A DNA stretch of 63,679 nucleotides, the filler included, from Choristocarpus tenellus KU-1152 (taxonomy: Eukaryota > Protista > Phaeophyceae), in the NCBI GenBank assembly GCA_964200185.2. It is 9 parts of 9 records of this genome, joined end to end, with 100 filler letters (N's around TTAATTAATTAA, not from the genome) between each part and the next. Parts side by side here need not be neighbours in the genome. Positions count along the whole stretch, not along the records: positions 21,004 to 28,670 come from CAXNAD020005784.1; positions 28,771 to 36,999 come from CAXNAD020004969.1; positions 37,100 to 42,483 come from CAXNAD020010964.1; 6 more parts are not named here. One strand, 5' to 3'. Under the pieces are notes generated by a model that had not been told where the DNA came from, did no database searches, and saw only the letters and a program-made list of their open reading frames with translations. Shown here piece after piece: positions 26,001-39,051 of this stretch; position 1 is the stretch's first letter, and each line of letters begins with the position of its first letter. Made by a program: the position numbers and the translations under genes.

Positions 26001-27207
26001 CCCCACTGTGCAGCTTGTGCTCTTGATCCTTGACATCATAATCAGACTGTACGCCCTGGCTTACCAAATACCATAAGAATAATTGTACAGAATGCAAAGT
26101 GGGGTTAGGGTTTGCTCTTTAGGAGGGATAAGAAGGGGGTTAGACTTGGGGTGGGGTGAATAATGGCTACCTACCTAAGAGACAAGGTACGGGTGTGAGA
26201 GCATCATGGAGTAGCAAATCTGTATTCAAATAGAGTCCCGACTTCCTTTCTGGGTGTTCCCATCATCAACCAACAACCATCGCCTACGTCCACGCAAATC
26301 TTTCCCGTTCCCCTTAACCTTGACAAATGCTTTGGCTTGTTCTGATCATGTCCAACGGTACGCATGCTTGCATCCTTCATTACTCGTTACTACGTTACTT
26401 ATCCTGGCAGATGGAGCTATATCTCAAGTTAGTGACGAAATTACAGTCGTTGATTGCTGCTGATTGATTTAGTGAATTGCTGAGGATAAAACAAAAAGCC
26501 AAACCTGTCAGGATGAGGGTCAGCCAACTGGGACCCTTGACCCCCTAACACCAAACTAGGCCCATGGGGTTGATTCCCATCTTCTCAAAGCCAGGAACAA
26601 TCGTGCGCTTCAGTCGCATGCAATCTGAAACGATGATTATCAGTGCCGGAGGATAGAAAAGGACATATTTCCCCACCTTGCCACGGACTAGGTTGGAATA
26701 CTCCGCCTTGATGGTCTGCACATTCGACTCCAAATCGTGGCACCACTTTTGCCCCCTCGGGTCATGCCACGGGTTTGAGGACAGCCCCGGGAAGTAAAAC
26801 ATCGTAGGCTTTGGTCGGAATCGCGCTGGGGGGGGGGCAAAGGTGAAAAGTGAACTGTACATCAAGGTGTGAAATGACCATCCGATGATGCCAATGTCGC
26901 TCCGGTTTAGAGCGGTGATTCAGCCAGTAAGCCTTCACATCGTTCAGAAAACTGTACACAGGATTTCGGGGGGAGATGAATTCAAATGATACCTCCCAAT
27001 TCAACCCCTATATCCTCACAAATCGACTCGTAACATGATACTGAACTATCAGACAACCAGACCCGTGCCATGACCATACTGCCTTTGTTGACCCTGACTG
27101 TTACAGCTGCAACCGAGCTGCATCTATGAAAACGCGGGATAATACTTATAGCAAATATCACCTGCCCTTGTCCGACATATGGCACTCTGCAAGATGGTGG
27201 CGGTCAT
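23100..27207 (-). CDS. Aspartyl/asparaginyl beta-hydroxylase (AspH-domain) 2OG-Fe(II) dioxygenase, apparently complete. Exons: 27207-27162, 26825-26677, 26055-25927, 24753-24546, 23908-23799, 23165-23100
   Basis: Spliced ORF runs ATG to TGA with GT-AG introns. Motifs FYFPGLSSNPWHDP, GGWDWHSY...RCP, FSFFSTLGPGGAISAHSAPCNLRLRCHLPLIVP, MRVGGETRPWREGECLMFDDCYEHEVWN and RVILLFDLWHPEL. Confidence 0.93.
25533..25706. mobile_element. MITE family B copy (intronic), TSD TTTC
   Basis: AACCCTAAGTATCTGGGG ... CCCCAGATACTTTGAGCC, flanked by TTTC. Confidence 0.88.
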
Positions 27208-27402
27208 TTCTTCACAAACAGGAATTCAAATTGTTGTCATGTTATTCAATCATAACTCAAGGTCCCAGAGGTACATAAAACCTGGGCGGCGTCTTCAACA
27301 ATTAAGAGTTGGAAAATATGAAACCGAACATGAAAACGTAACACTCAACATTACGTTATAATGCACACGTTTGACAATACTAAACTGGCTAACAACGACA
27401 TA

Positions 27403-27466
27403 TATATAGTTTTCATTGGTTTCCCCCCTGACATATCTGCAAAATGTCAAAGGGCATAATAACAAA
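27403..27466 (-). repeat. ~63-bp dispersed element upstream of the AspH-like gene; second copy at 55228-55290
   Basis: TATATAGTTTTCATTGGTTTCCCCC(C)TGACAYATCTGCAAAATGTCARAGRGCATAATAA is shared by both sites. Confidence 0.75.
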
Positions 27467-28264
27467 ATACTAAACTGTTGTGTAACTATGTTTAACACTT
27501 TGTGTTAATATTTTGCAAATTGTTTTGTGCTATTATTCCTTGGTATGTAACTCCGAACCCATCTTGTGTGCGAATGATATTCAGCACTCTCCAAACTAAA
27601 CGTGGTATCGATAGCACACATATAAATTATCACTACTATGTTGTTGCTTGTATCATGACCAACCATAGTACGGACTCACACAATCCAAAGTGTTCGACTG
27701 CAAAAGCCATCTACACTGTGGATTAGGGTTAAAGGGCATGCATGATGAGGCAGGCGGGGGACATAGAAACGAAACTAACTGTCAATGTGGTTGCCATTCT
27801 CCCCACCACCCAGTTACCGCCACCACCTAGTAGTCTTGCGCACTATTTAACAAAATTTGAGTGAGGCTAAGGAGTTATCCAGGAGGGATATGACCAAATA
27901 GCCGAAAGCACAATAGAAAACTCATTGGATGTGCCTCATAAGTCTTCCTCTTACTCCTTGCTGCAGCATGAAGGTAAATGGGGAGCAGAGAAGTGAAGGG
28001 GATGAGAGAGGCAGAGAGTGAAAAAAAACATGGACTCTGCATAGTGACTGCCTAAACATCACCAACCATAAGTGAGATCGCTTTACGCCTGTCTGTGTAG
28101 CCATGCATCTCCAACTGTTAATACCTTCCCATCATGCCAATACAGGTCATCCGTTACCCAACCGCATGATAATCTTGATAGGTGATGAGTGCACAACACA
28201 CTTGCAACTACTATGATGCTGCATATCTGCCCATTGATAGAAGAGCATGTTCAACTTAAATACA

Positions 28265-28541
28265 GAGTCAAAGTAAACGAGAGGTACCAAGGTTCTTGGC
28301 CATTTTGCATTTTGAGTAAGTTTTTCAAATTCTCTTTCACGATTCACCCATATTTCCATTGATGTGAAGGGGTAAGTCTGACTTGAGAACATTGATTTAT
28401 CTATTTTTAGTGTTTAAAACTTTTGTATGCTTGATTTGGAAAGTAATCTTCTACCCACTTGTAAAAAAAAAGACAAATTTTCCACATATTTGTCGGCATC
28501 CTAAAAATGCAACCCTGGACACCTCTCGTTTACATTGACTC
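28265..28541. mobile_element. MITE family C copy (uninterrupted)
   Basis: GAGTCAAAGTAAACGAGAGGTACC ... ACACCTCTCGTTTACATTGACTC. Confidence 0.85.
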
Positions 28542-30210
28542 ACATGAGTCCAAAAAACCACAAGAATACACTACCAATCCCCTTGGCAATAGTGTTGACT
28601 TCAACATCCGACAGGCCCTGCACCACAACCCAATCCCAATGACTTGTCAAGGTAGTCATGGCTAAATTTCNNNNNNNNNNNNNNNNNNNNNNNNNNNNNN
28701 NNNNNNNNNNNNNNTTAATTAATTAANNNNNNNNNNNNNNNNNNNNNNNNNNNNNNNNNNNNNNNNNNNNTTAAAGCTAAAAATATATACGAAGTACAAG
28801 CTTTTCATGTATGTATAGAATGAAACATGTGTTCGTTCGTCTTTGTCGACGTGGTTAGTTTCTTTGGTGGATGTGACCTACCCCTTTCTTGTACAAACCA
28901 CATAAACCTCGAATAAATATTTGTAACTAGTAGAATCCGGCGTATGTATGTGTGAGTTGTTTAATACAATATGTAGTGTACCATAAATATAAGCATGCCA
29001 TAAACACTGAAATATCAAGCCGTATTATGTGATCATTATATTCTTCAATATGTCCTTTCCACAATCACATCAACAACGCATCACATGTTCACATATTTGT
29101 GTGAACAAAATTATAGTTCACGTGAAAACATTTGAGCAAACCTGTACGCCACAAAATTTCTTCGAGGACGAGCGCTAAAATGCAACTCATATGATCATAT
29201 CTGTCCACAATGATTCATCAAGCACTACATGATTAACTGGATTACTCACTGTGCCAATTACCTTATTGATCCTTTGAATTATGGACAACCCGTCCATAGC
29301 TACAATCGTACAGAATAATCTATTGCCATCAAGTTATGTTGATAGAAGCACAACCTGCAAATACTCCCTCGCCCTTCAAGAACAGCAAAATTGTCCCTGT
29401 TTGTTTCATGCTTACTCACATGTGTATCACAACTTGAATTAGGCAAACAAAGCAAATGACAGTTCTACTTCATCTACCAACCCAACAAAGCTTCTCGTGT
29501 TACAACCACTATTACCTCAGCAATATTCATTGGTCATCATTCTTGCAATGACATGCTCCTACAACAGCTGGCCTACCCTTAACACACATGCAAGAAATGT
29601 GACACACATAAAATGCAAGGTCCGATTTGCCATAGCAATTGCTTCATATTTATACAAGAGTATACAAGAGCCGCATTGTGCATGTATGTGTGTGATTTAA
29701 CTTGTTGACCAGTCCATAACTAATCACTGCCTTCTTATCTATTTAACCAGTAATGAGACACTACAGTCATCCTGAGCACAACCCAAAGGTACTAAATGCA
29801 GGAAGCCAACACATTAACACTTATCTAAGGCAGCTCCTGCCTCTCCTCCACTAACTGGAACACCCTCTCCACTCTCATGTCACTATATATATAGCCAACA
29901 CTATCACCTATCACGCTTTCTGGTCATTGCGTGATTTCTTGTTGTGCTAAAACTTCAAGCAATGAAGGTAGAACGGCTGACAGCCTCATACCTCGGCATG
30001 TATTGTGGTGTGTACCAAGTGACCTACCCCCACTCAAGCCCCTTGTTAAAAAAAACATCAACCACATACTGTGCTTTATCCTGTATCACCCCACTAATCT
30101 CTTCACTTCTGGATCCACAGTTACCTTCAGGACAGACTGTGGGCATCATCACAACAGACAGGTGATGGCAGGTGTACCACACCACACAAAAATCGTGACT
30201 GACAGATTAC

Positions 30211-33200
30211 TCAAGGTGCAATCTCAGAGAGGAGCACTGGCCTGCCCTCCTTCAGGGAGAGGTCACAGGCCATTGCCATCTTCAGGGCGGCAAGGCCATC
30301 CTCACCTGATGGGGTCACCTCACCATTGGACTCAAGGATCTCACAGAATGCCTGATAGGTTCAGGGTGGGCAGGGCAGGGGAAGAGGGGTGGAAGGATGT
30401 AACGTCAGTGAAGTCGCTACAAAATATGACTAGTAAGTGATTTGTATGTCTGATAAAAGTTATGCATTCATCTGGGTTTGCACTACATATGTAAATAATA
30501 CTTGGAGGGCTTGAAGGAGATTGAGGAATGTATATGTTCAAAAAGCCCTTCAAAACCAAAGATATGTCGGAATAGACAACGAGGTGTTGGGAGCAGAAGT
30601 CGTGACATAGGTTTTAATTTATCACAGTAGAACTCGCCACATCAACAAAAACAGTTCTTCCTCGATTAACTCCACTCCCATTCAAACTGTGACTACCCTT
30701 CAGCATTTTCCTCAAAAAAAAGGTATCCAGGAGTACTATGTTAGCATCTTGCCTGCAGCAATTACACAACCATTATCTCCCTCACAAATACATTTTTATC
30801 TCAGGAATACAGTCGCCCTGCCCTCTAATTTGATTCCTTCACTTGATTCAGAGCGCAAAACAACATCCCCCGCCCACTCCATAGTCTATGAGATGTTCTT
30901 ACCCTGGTCTCATTCTTGTACGCATCAGAGTATCGGGTCATGAAGAAGTCATGAGGAAGGTCCACCTGCTGAACAGCCGCCCCTGTCCACTTTTGTACCT
31001 GACTGGGGAAGTGGTTCTCATGCTTGGTCAGACCCTCTGTGCCGAAGAACTCTACACGCTGATCGTAACCGTATGTAGCCCTGCGGCAAACCTGGAAAAA
31101 AAAGACAAGAATAAACAGAAAAATAATTTGAAAAAGAGGGACCAGAACATTTTAAATCTGCACAGAGATTGACTCTTAGTAGAGAGCAAAAGCGATGCAA
31201 GTCGCAGATCAACTCTTTGCCTCTTATTGTAGAACTCACAGAGAGGTATGTACAAGCAAATGTTCAAGCGCTTAACTCCACTTAGAGCCAGTCAATTTAG
31301 TAGTCATGGTTGGAAACCAGGAAAGTTGAGCAACCTCCAGTACACTCATAATTTTATAATCCAATGCTAAATTGACTACACTTTGCCAACCGTTCTTTAA
31401 AACCAGCATTTCACTTCGACCTGTAAAACTAGGCCGCTGTCCAACTATGCAGCTGTAAATTAACATCTTCCTTAGCCCAATTTTTCCTTCAAATAATCCT
31501 CATCATGACAGTGTCATCGACATCCTCTATTTAAAACTTCCTACCAAAATCTAGGGTTAAGGTTACCAGCAATTTAACATTGCATCAAAGACAGCACCAT
31601 GCTCGAAGTGCCAAGCATTCAACTTCATCCTAGACCTGAAATAAACAACAAAAAAATGACGTTTTTTTCTCTCACCCTCAAAATGTAACACAATGTCAAC
31701 ATTTCTCAAGCCTGAAGAACATTCTAGTATACTTTTTGGAGCTGTTGTAAGACGAAGATATATTATATATTATCAACATTTCCATCCCGGAACATCGCCA
31801 CATAAAAAAGCACTACATTTTTACATCACAACACAACACTATCAGCATATAAAAAACACAGCATCTGTGTTTCACACCCAATGACATCCAATGATTTAGT
31901 AAACCATCTCCCACAACCACACTTTTTGGGGTTACATCAACGTTGCCATCACAGACAATGCATCAAAATTTACACAACCTCATACATACCACCTCTCAAC
32001 AAAAGCAGGAGAAAATAGCAAAAGTCTGTTCACCACTACAGTGTCTCCTTCGCAGCCATGGTTGACAACTGCACCATGGAACTAGCGATGTTTTTTACAA
32101 CAGTGTGTTGTGATTGACAACAAGGGGACTCTTGTCACTACCGATGTAACAAAACATCTCAACAACCACTGCCACACCCATCACTGCCACAACATCACCA
32201 CAACCAGCTCCATCATGCAAAAGTCATATCCCGACTTTCAATGCACTCAAAGCGACCCCCAGAGGTACAGCAGAAGGTCATCAACGTCATCAATTTGTCT
32301 TTAATCACACCAATCACCTTCTTGATACCCTCAAATCGATTATTGTACTCAAGTGAATTAGTGTATTCAAACCAGTGTTACTCAAAGGACACTGACTCTT
32401 GTCCAACAAACAGGTGAGGTATCCACATTGAGTATAAACAACAGCAAGAGATCACCTTTGATTGAAAACATTCATGCTGCTTGATAACCAGGACCACTCT
32501 AAAAAATGTTTTTGAAGATGTCACAGTTCAGAGTTGTTGTGTATGGAAAACTACCGAGAGTTTGAAGAAACCTCCCAAAAAAAGTGAGTACACTCTATCA
32601 AAAGTTCAAACAAGTTCTCACCTTTTTACCCGAATACCTGGTTCAAGGTGAGGTGTAACCTTTTTGTGAGGTACAAGGTACAAGGTGTAAGGTAACAGAC
32701 CTCTCAACATAGGGGTGTGAAAAGTACCAACTGTGGTATAACTACAAAAGAAACGCCTTCCTACACTACGCATTGTGGTTCAACAAAGAGATACAACATG
32801 GTTTTTCTTGTTCCTTTTTCCTCAACCCGAACCCTTCACAAATATACATTAATCCCAGATGTCCAACCAAGGGGTAGGAAGTCGCATCAGAATACTTTGC
32901 ACCTAGAGGATAGGGTCTCCACACCACGAATCATAATATAAAGAACAAATCAAGGAAGGCGTTTCTTGCTTCACTGTGGTCGGAGTAGCATAGATTGCCT
33001 AATTCAGATCTCACAAAGATATTTCTTAATTGTATATCTCAAAATGGGATTTTGAAAGACCTTAAAAAAAATCAATAACCTTGTACAACTTAGTGTGAAT
33101 TTATGGCCTGCCTCAAAAACTGTTGTAACCGATACTCAAAAGAGGAAATACTTCTTACGCACAAATAGTAAAGCCTTCCAACCACAACAACATGCAACTT

Positions 33201-35431
33201 AACTTAAACAGCACTACAACATGACTCTTGTTAGACAAAACAAATACAGAGACAGGTTGACTCGTACCCTCTCACTGACATACCTCAAACCGTCACACAC
33301 TCTGCTCACTTACGTAAGAGCAATTTCAACATAATAAAAAAACGGAAAGATGATTTCCAAAGCTCTCTCTATCTCACCCCTTCTAGCAAATCCCTACCAA
33401 AACAGAAGCAACCTCCTCTAGTTTTTCACCTTCATACCAACAAAAAACACAAGGCATTGTTAAAAACCAAAAAATTCTATGTAGTGTGGTGGCGCTGACC
33501 TCTACCACACTATAATTTAAAACATTTGTGGACTAAACTACAAAAACAAAACAAACTGTACATCTCAATACACCAAAAAGGTGCACCACTTTGTATCACG
33601 CCATCACAATACATACATTCAATCTCACCATCACAATAAATATATTCTATCACACCTGGATAGTGGCAGTTGATCCACTCTCAAACTCAATGAGGATGTT
33701 GGCAGTGTCGATTGCCTCAGAGGGGTTGGAGTCCTTCAACTCCATGATCTTCTTGTCCACATTGCATGCTCCAGTGGCATAGATGCGGACAGGCTCATTC
33801 TTTCCCCTTGATCCCATAAGCCATCGGGCAATATCCAAATCATGAATTGCTGAACCATATCACCAAATATAGATCAAGAGGGAAAACTCTTTTTTTTAGC
33901 AACGGAAAATCTTGATAAATCTGTTTTCAGTTCAGTCAAACAACTTCTAAAACACATCTCGCAAGTTATTAAGAGATGAGAGTCAGAACCTGGAAAACTT
34001 GCTGCCAGTGGAAATGTCCACTACACTAGACATCTATTAGTACCAACTGTACCCAAGAAGAGTCCACCAAAGATCACTCTAAAAAAAAAAGTTCACATCA
34101 AGACCAAAAAGAACATGGTTTAAAACTTTCACTCTTGGACATAATCCTCTCTATATGCCAACTCATCTTGTACAGTAAATACTGAAATACTGATATGTAG
34201 ATGTAGTACATCAACTGACATTGAACATACCCCTATACCTTCATAAAAAGAAAAAATTATGTATGAAGTCATTCCTAAAAGAGCCACAAAACAAGAATCA
34301 ACTAAAACACACCAAACACATACTTTCATCAAAACACTCATGTCAACTCCTTATCCTCATCAACACACACACACTACTACTTCACTGTTGAAGTGCAAAT
34401 CAACAACAAACATCCCATCCACCTTTAAGAAAATACAATCCAACCTACAAACCACACAAAACAAAAAAAGAGAAGCCTATCCACTCACCCATGTCCTTGA
34501 AGAGTCCCCCACCTCCCTTGACATAGTCAAAAGGGGGTGCCGCTGGATCCCTGGACTGAAGGACAGCTGATACAGGCTCACCAACTTCTCCATTGGCAAT
34601 AACAGCCTATTTTGTTTCACATGGCCAACATTAACAAAACGATCAACATTAACAAACCCATGCCACAGGCAATGTGACACAGTCAATGTCAGGGTAGTAT
34701 AGTAGGTTAAAGATAAGGAAGGGATGACAAGCATTGAGGATCGCAAACAGTAGACATTTTAAGGTACACAAGAAAAAGACATACATACACATTCCAGAAG
34801 GAACAAACAGAGCATCATCATTGACTTAATTACTCCGTATCGTATCGTATCGTATCGTATCAAAATATCACAAGCAGCACCGTGGAGTGTTTTAAAAGGT
34901 AACTAACATCTGTTTTAAAAGATCTAGATTTGGTTTTATCATCTGTTAAAAAAGAAAAAAAACTTGATACGGAAGAACCAAATTGAAGGCAAATCCTCAA
35001 TTCACTACTTGACAGAAGGCCATCAAAATAAAAAAAGATACTCTACACATTACCACAACTAAACAGGGCCATTCCCCTCCCCATGCCAACACTGAGAAAA
35101 AACACATACTACAATTCACGATCCCACATCACCTTTCAATGCAATATCCCAATACCTCCACATGACACATGAAACCCTACATTATCCTTATCTATACACA
35201 CTACAGCCCCAGCACAACACAAATCACATCAATCCCCCCCCCAACCTGTACAATGTCCTACCAGCATCAGTGCAAAAAGACAGAGTATCCCCACCGGACA
35301 GATACTTCTCAAAAAATTCTCATCCCCCCCCTCCTACATGCTCCATGCATACACACCTGAAGGCGACTGAAGGAAGGGTCAAACCGCCGCTGAAAAGCAG
35401 TCATGAGCTTCACACCACAGTCCTTGGCTAC
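30211..35431 (-). CDS. Gfo/Idh/MocA oxidoreductase, myo-inositol 2-dehydrogenase-like; N-terminus missing. Exons: 35431-35357, 34606-34489, 33849-33656, 31091-30903, 30351-30211
   Basis: Spliced motifs [72 protein letters not shown] and SGEDGLAALKMAMACDLSLKEGRPV; ends at TGA. Confidence 0.92.
34836..34861. repeat. (CGTAT)5 microsatellite
   Basis: Read directly from the sequence. Confidence 0.9.
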
Positions 35432-36786
35432 CTAGTACACCCAAATACCAACAAAATACCAACAAGACACATACAGGCAGAAAGAGGGGCAGGGCAGTAG
35501 ATTACCATCACACAAAGGTGAAACAAAGTAGGGTGTGTCATACCACCTAACCTTGCGGCAACAACAGCAAAAATAATAATAATAACAGTACTATGAAGAA
35601 TAAATAATAATAATAATAGAGGTCGGAGATAAGAGCATAAACAACCATATGGGGGAGTTATTAAGAGTAATGCATTACTGCAAAGAATCGAACCCAATTT
35701 GATATGTTGATATGTCAATGACATCATACCTCAACCTGTTATTATTATTATTAATTACTATTAACTTTTCGAGTTGATAGTAACTCAAGTAACCAAAAAA
35801 GACTGCCACTGAGCTATTTAAGGGCCCCTCTAAAACAATCTGGTGTCACATACTCTGAGAGGACACAGTTCAGAGCTGTCGCATGCACTTTTTTACAAAT
35901 TTAAAAAACAAAATTTTAAAAGCTAAAAAGCAACCAAAATGCACACCCCCTAATGTTCTCAGTTAGTTTCACTCCTTCAGTACTTTAAACCCCTCTTCCA
36001 CAAATAGAGCCAGTTTGATTACTACTACGCCAACTAATCGGAAAAGTTCCCAAATTACTACACAAAGCTCAGTACCTAGTGAAGCAGCCCAACACTGCAA
36101 TGTTTACCACTGAAGATGCAAGCAAATCAAGGTTACTCTCCTGCCAACGCCTCCTCTCATACTACCAAACACCATTTAAAAATTTGGAACTGATAGGAGA
36201 TTTCCGTCACCCAGATAGTGGGAAAACTGGTATATGACATTAAGTACACATACTGTCAATGAAAATGTGTAGCAGTGATGGAATGCATTCAAAAATCCAG
36301 ATCACCATTGCTTTCCTTGACACTATTTAGTCATACGCTTGTGACGATACTAACTCTCTACATCTGAAGCCCTGGTTTGTTTCCTAGTCACACATGGTGT
36401 CAAAAATAAATCCATCTTGAGCTGACCTGGTTCCTCCTACTAAACATAACGCCCGTCCCCTCGCAATCACGCTATCATATTTTCATTATTATTTTTTAAA
36501 TAGGAAATGGGAAGAATATTCCCGTAACAGTCCTCATGATTACACTTCTTGCTTCACTACACTGATTCATTCTCATGTCACAACTACAAGAAAAGCATTG
36601 TATTAAAAACATGAGCAGTTTCTCACTAGAAAAAATACAAACATGATTAATCATTGTCAATCAAGACTGAAAATACTTTCTTCAAAAAAAAGTTCACTTT
36701 TCCACCAGCAAAACTAAGGTTTCCCAACTCAATACCACAAAAATCCCTAGGTCGTACTGGGACAACACATTGACAACATCATCAAA

Positions 36787-36935
36787 CAAAGTATAATCCA
36801 AAGTACACTACAAAGTACTTACCAAGTATAATCCAAAGTATAATCCAACGTATACTACAAAGTACTTACCAAGTACACTACAAAGTATAATCCAAAGTAC
36901 ACTACCAAGTATTTACCAAGTACACTACAAGGTAT
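36787..36935. repeat. Minisatellite of 11-12-bp variant units
   Basis: About 13 units of CA(A)AGTA followed by TAATC, CACTA or CTTAC. Confidence 0.85.
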
Positions 36936-37660
36936 CGCACGGACTACTGAGCCAACTACAAGACAGAGTGCAAATACACCTACAGAAAAATACCAACACN
37001 NNNNNNNNNNNNNNNNNNNNNNNNNNNNNNNNNNNNNNNNNNNTTAATTAATTAANNNNNNNNNNNNNNNNNNNNNNNNNNNNNNNNNNNNNNNNNNNNA
37101 GTGCACTTATATTATCCATCCGACACATGCAACCAAATCACCAAAAAATCGTGACATGGAAAAACGGGCCCCGAATGGATAGCCAACCCCCCCCCCCCCA
37201 GATACTTTGAGCCTTTACCGGAGTACCACCGAGAGCAACTCCTCAGGGAGGGGCGCGCCTGAGACGGTCAAGAGAAAGTCCAAGGAGAAACGAGAATAAT
37301 GCCAACGCCAACAACACTTTTATGAAACCTCAACCTGGGGTCTAGGAACACTTCCAACTCTTTTTGACGGGTGCAGGATGCAGACGACAAACATCGCTCA
37401 CACCCTAACGTTGCCAGAGTTGCAGCTCTTGTCTGGGGTTCACCACCTGGAGAAGCGTTTGTTCGTACTTGGTGTATTCTACGGTGCTAGAGTCTGGACA
37501 TAAATTCAGGGTCGGAGACAGAAAGAGTGTCCCCACGAACAAAGCAACTTCCAGCTGTGTAAGTAAAATCAGACAGGGCACGCCAGTCTCATGCATTACC
37601 CTACCTTTGACTTCAGCAGACAGTTGTTTTCCGAGGCAGTGCTACAATATCACACGCATG

Positions 37661-37661
37661 C

Positions 37662-37698
<37 letters not shown>

Positions 37699-37705
37699 TA
37701 CATAC
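37661..37705. repeat. (CATACA)n microsatellite; second tract near 37800-37832
   Basis: Read directly from the sequence. Confidence 0.9.
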
Positions 37706-38053
37706 ATCACATCACCAAGGACAAAGGGGGCTTCATAGTGCATGGAGATGGGGAGTCCAAAGGGTGTCACTGCCAGCTCAGGTACCACATTCACACACAC
37801 ATACACACGACATACACATACACATACACACATGTGTTTGCATGCCTAAAAAACGATCATTGAATCCCACGCACATAGGTGACACGGGCCAATAGGCCTA
37901 CCCTCTGCACTCGCCTCTCACCTCCGTATAGACACAATCCATTCAAATCTCAATGAAACAACAAATATCTCACATAGAGCTTTGCTGTACACACACAACC
38001 AAACTCTTCATATTCATGTCTTACATAACACACACACACACACATGTGCGCAC

Positions 38054-39051
38054 CTCACTGGAAAGCACACCAGGTGGGTTTACACTCATAGCCCCACGCT
38101 TCCCAACCCCTCCCAACCCAGCCCTGCCCCCCCCTGCTGCCTTGGACTCAAGCCCTGACACTGCATCCCCACTGCCTGGTGGAAAGGCCTCTACACCTGC
38201 TCCAGCGGCAGCTGCACCCCCTGCCCAGATCCCTGCCCACGCACTGGGTCCCCAGCCTTCCGCCAAGCCAGGCTCCACCAGATTGCCAACCCTCCCGATC
38301 ACTGAGAAGGGCAGGAACCTGCTCATCCCACCGCTGGCCCTGTCTATCTCACGCAGGAGTTCTTCGTCGAGGGAGGCGTCAACGTGAACAAAGAACCTGG
38401 CCTTTCCAAACAAGCTGTGAGGGCAGAAACACTGCAAAATTAGTGTTTGAGAGAATAGGGCGATGTGTGTGTGTATACATAGGAAAGGTTGGTAGAATGT
38501 GCGCGGTTAATGAGAAGGGAACAGTTCCACTACGAAGTAGTGCAATACCTGCATCATGCTGCCTTCTTGGAGTTTTAATTTCACCCTCCATAATATGCAC
38601 AGCCTACAGCCTCTCACCTGTGCATGTGAGATACAAAATGACAAGCACAGCGGTGGTAGTACTCCAAGGACAGTTTGGAGCCCTCCACTGGAGGGTAGAG
38701 GGCAATGGAGAACAGGAGCGTGGCTTCATCTTCCGCGGTGGGTTCAGACTCGGTCTGCGGAGAGAGCACATTCCCATTGGTGGGGACGTTAAGGTGGGAG
38801 TTGTGTTAGGTAAGAAGCGTGGCATTTCAAAATCAAGATGGGTTCAATCAAAACGTTTTTTAAACGCGTGTTTCCTTCCTGATAGACTTGATCGATAACG
38901 TGATCCCTGAGGGGATATCGCTTGGCCATTTTTCAGGTTCCAGCGTCGTCAATTCCCCCGAACTCCAGATGAGGAGTGAGTACCCGTCATCCTGAGGCAG
39001 GGACATTTCAAAGAACGACGGAAATATGTCGCCTACTGGACGTCTCGCCAT
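38054..39051 (-). CDS. Hypothetical protein, 5' exons (approx. 39051-38866?, 38756-38618, 38397-38054); continues toward the contig start
   Basis: Exons 2 and 3 join in phase (…YYHRCACHFVSHMH|RFFVHVDASLDEELLREIDRASGG…) and are followed by a Gly/Ala-rich stretch. The first donor is weak and no family was recognised. Confidence 0.5.

Noticed and set aside
36787-36935. CRISPR-like repeat/spacer array
   Set aside because: Units are only 11-12 bp, the variable parts recur, there are no cas genes, and the context is eukaryotic.
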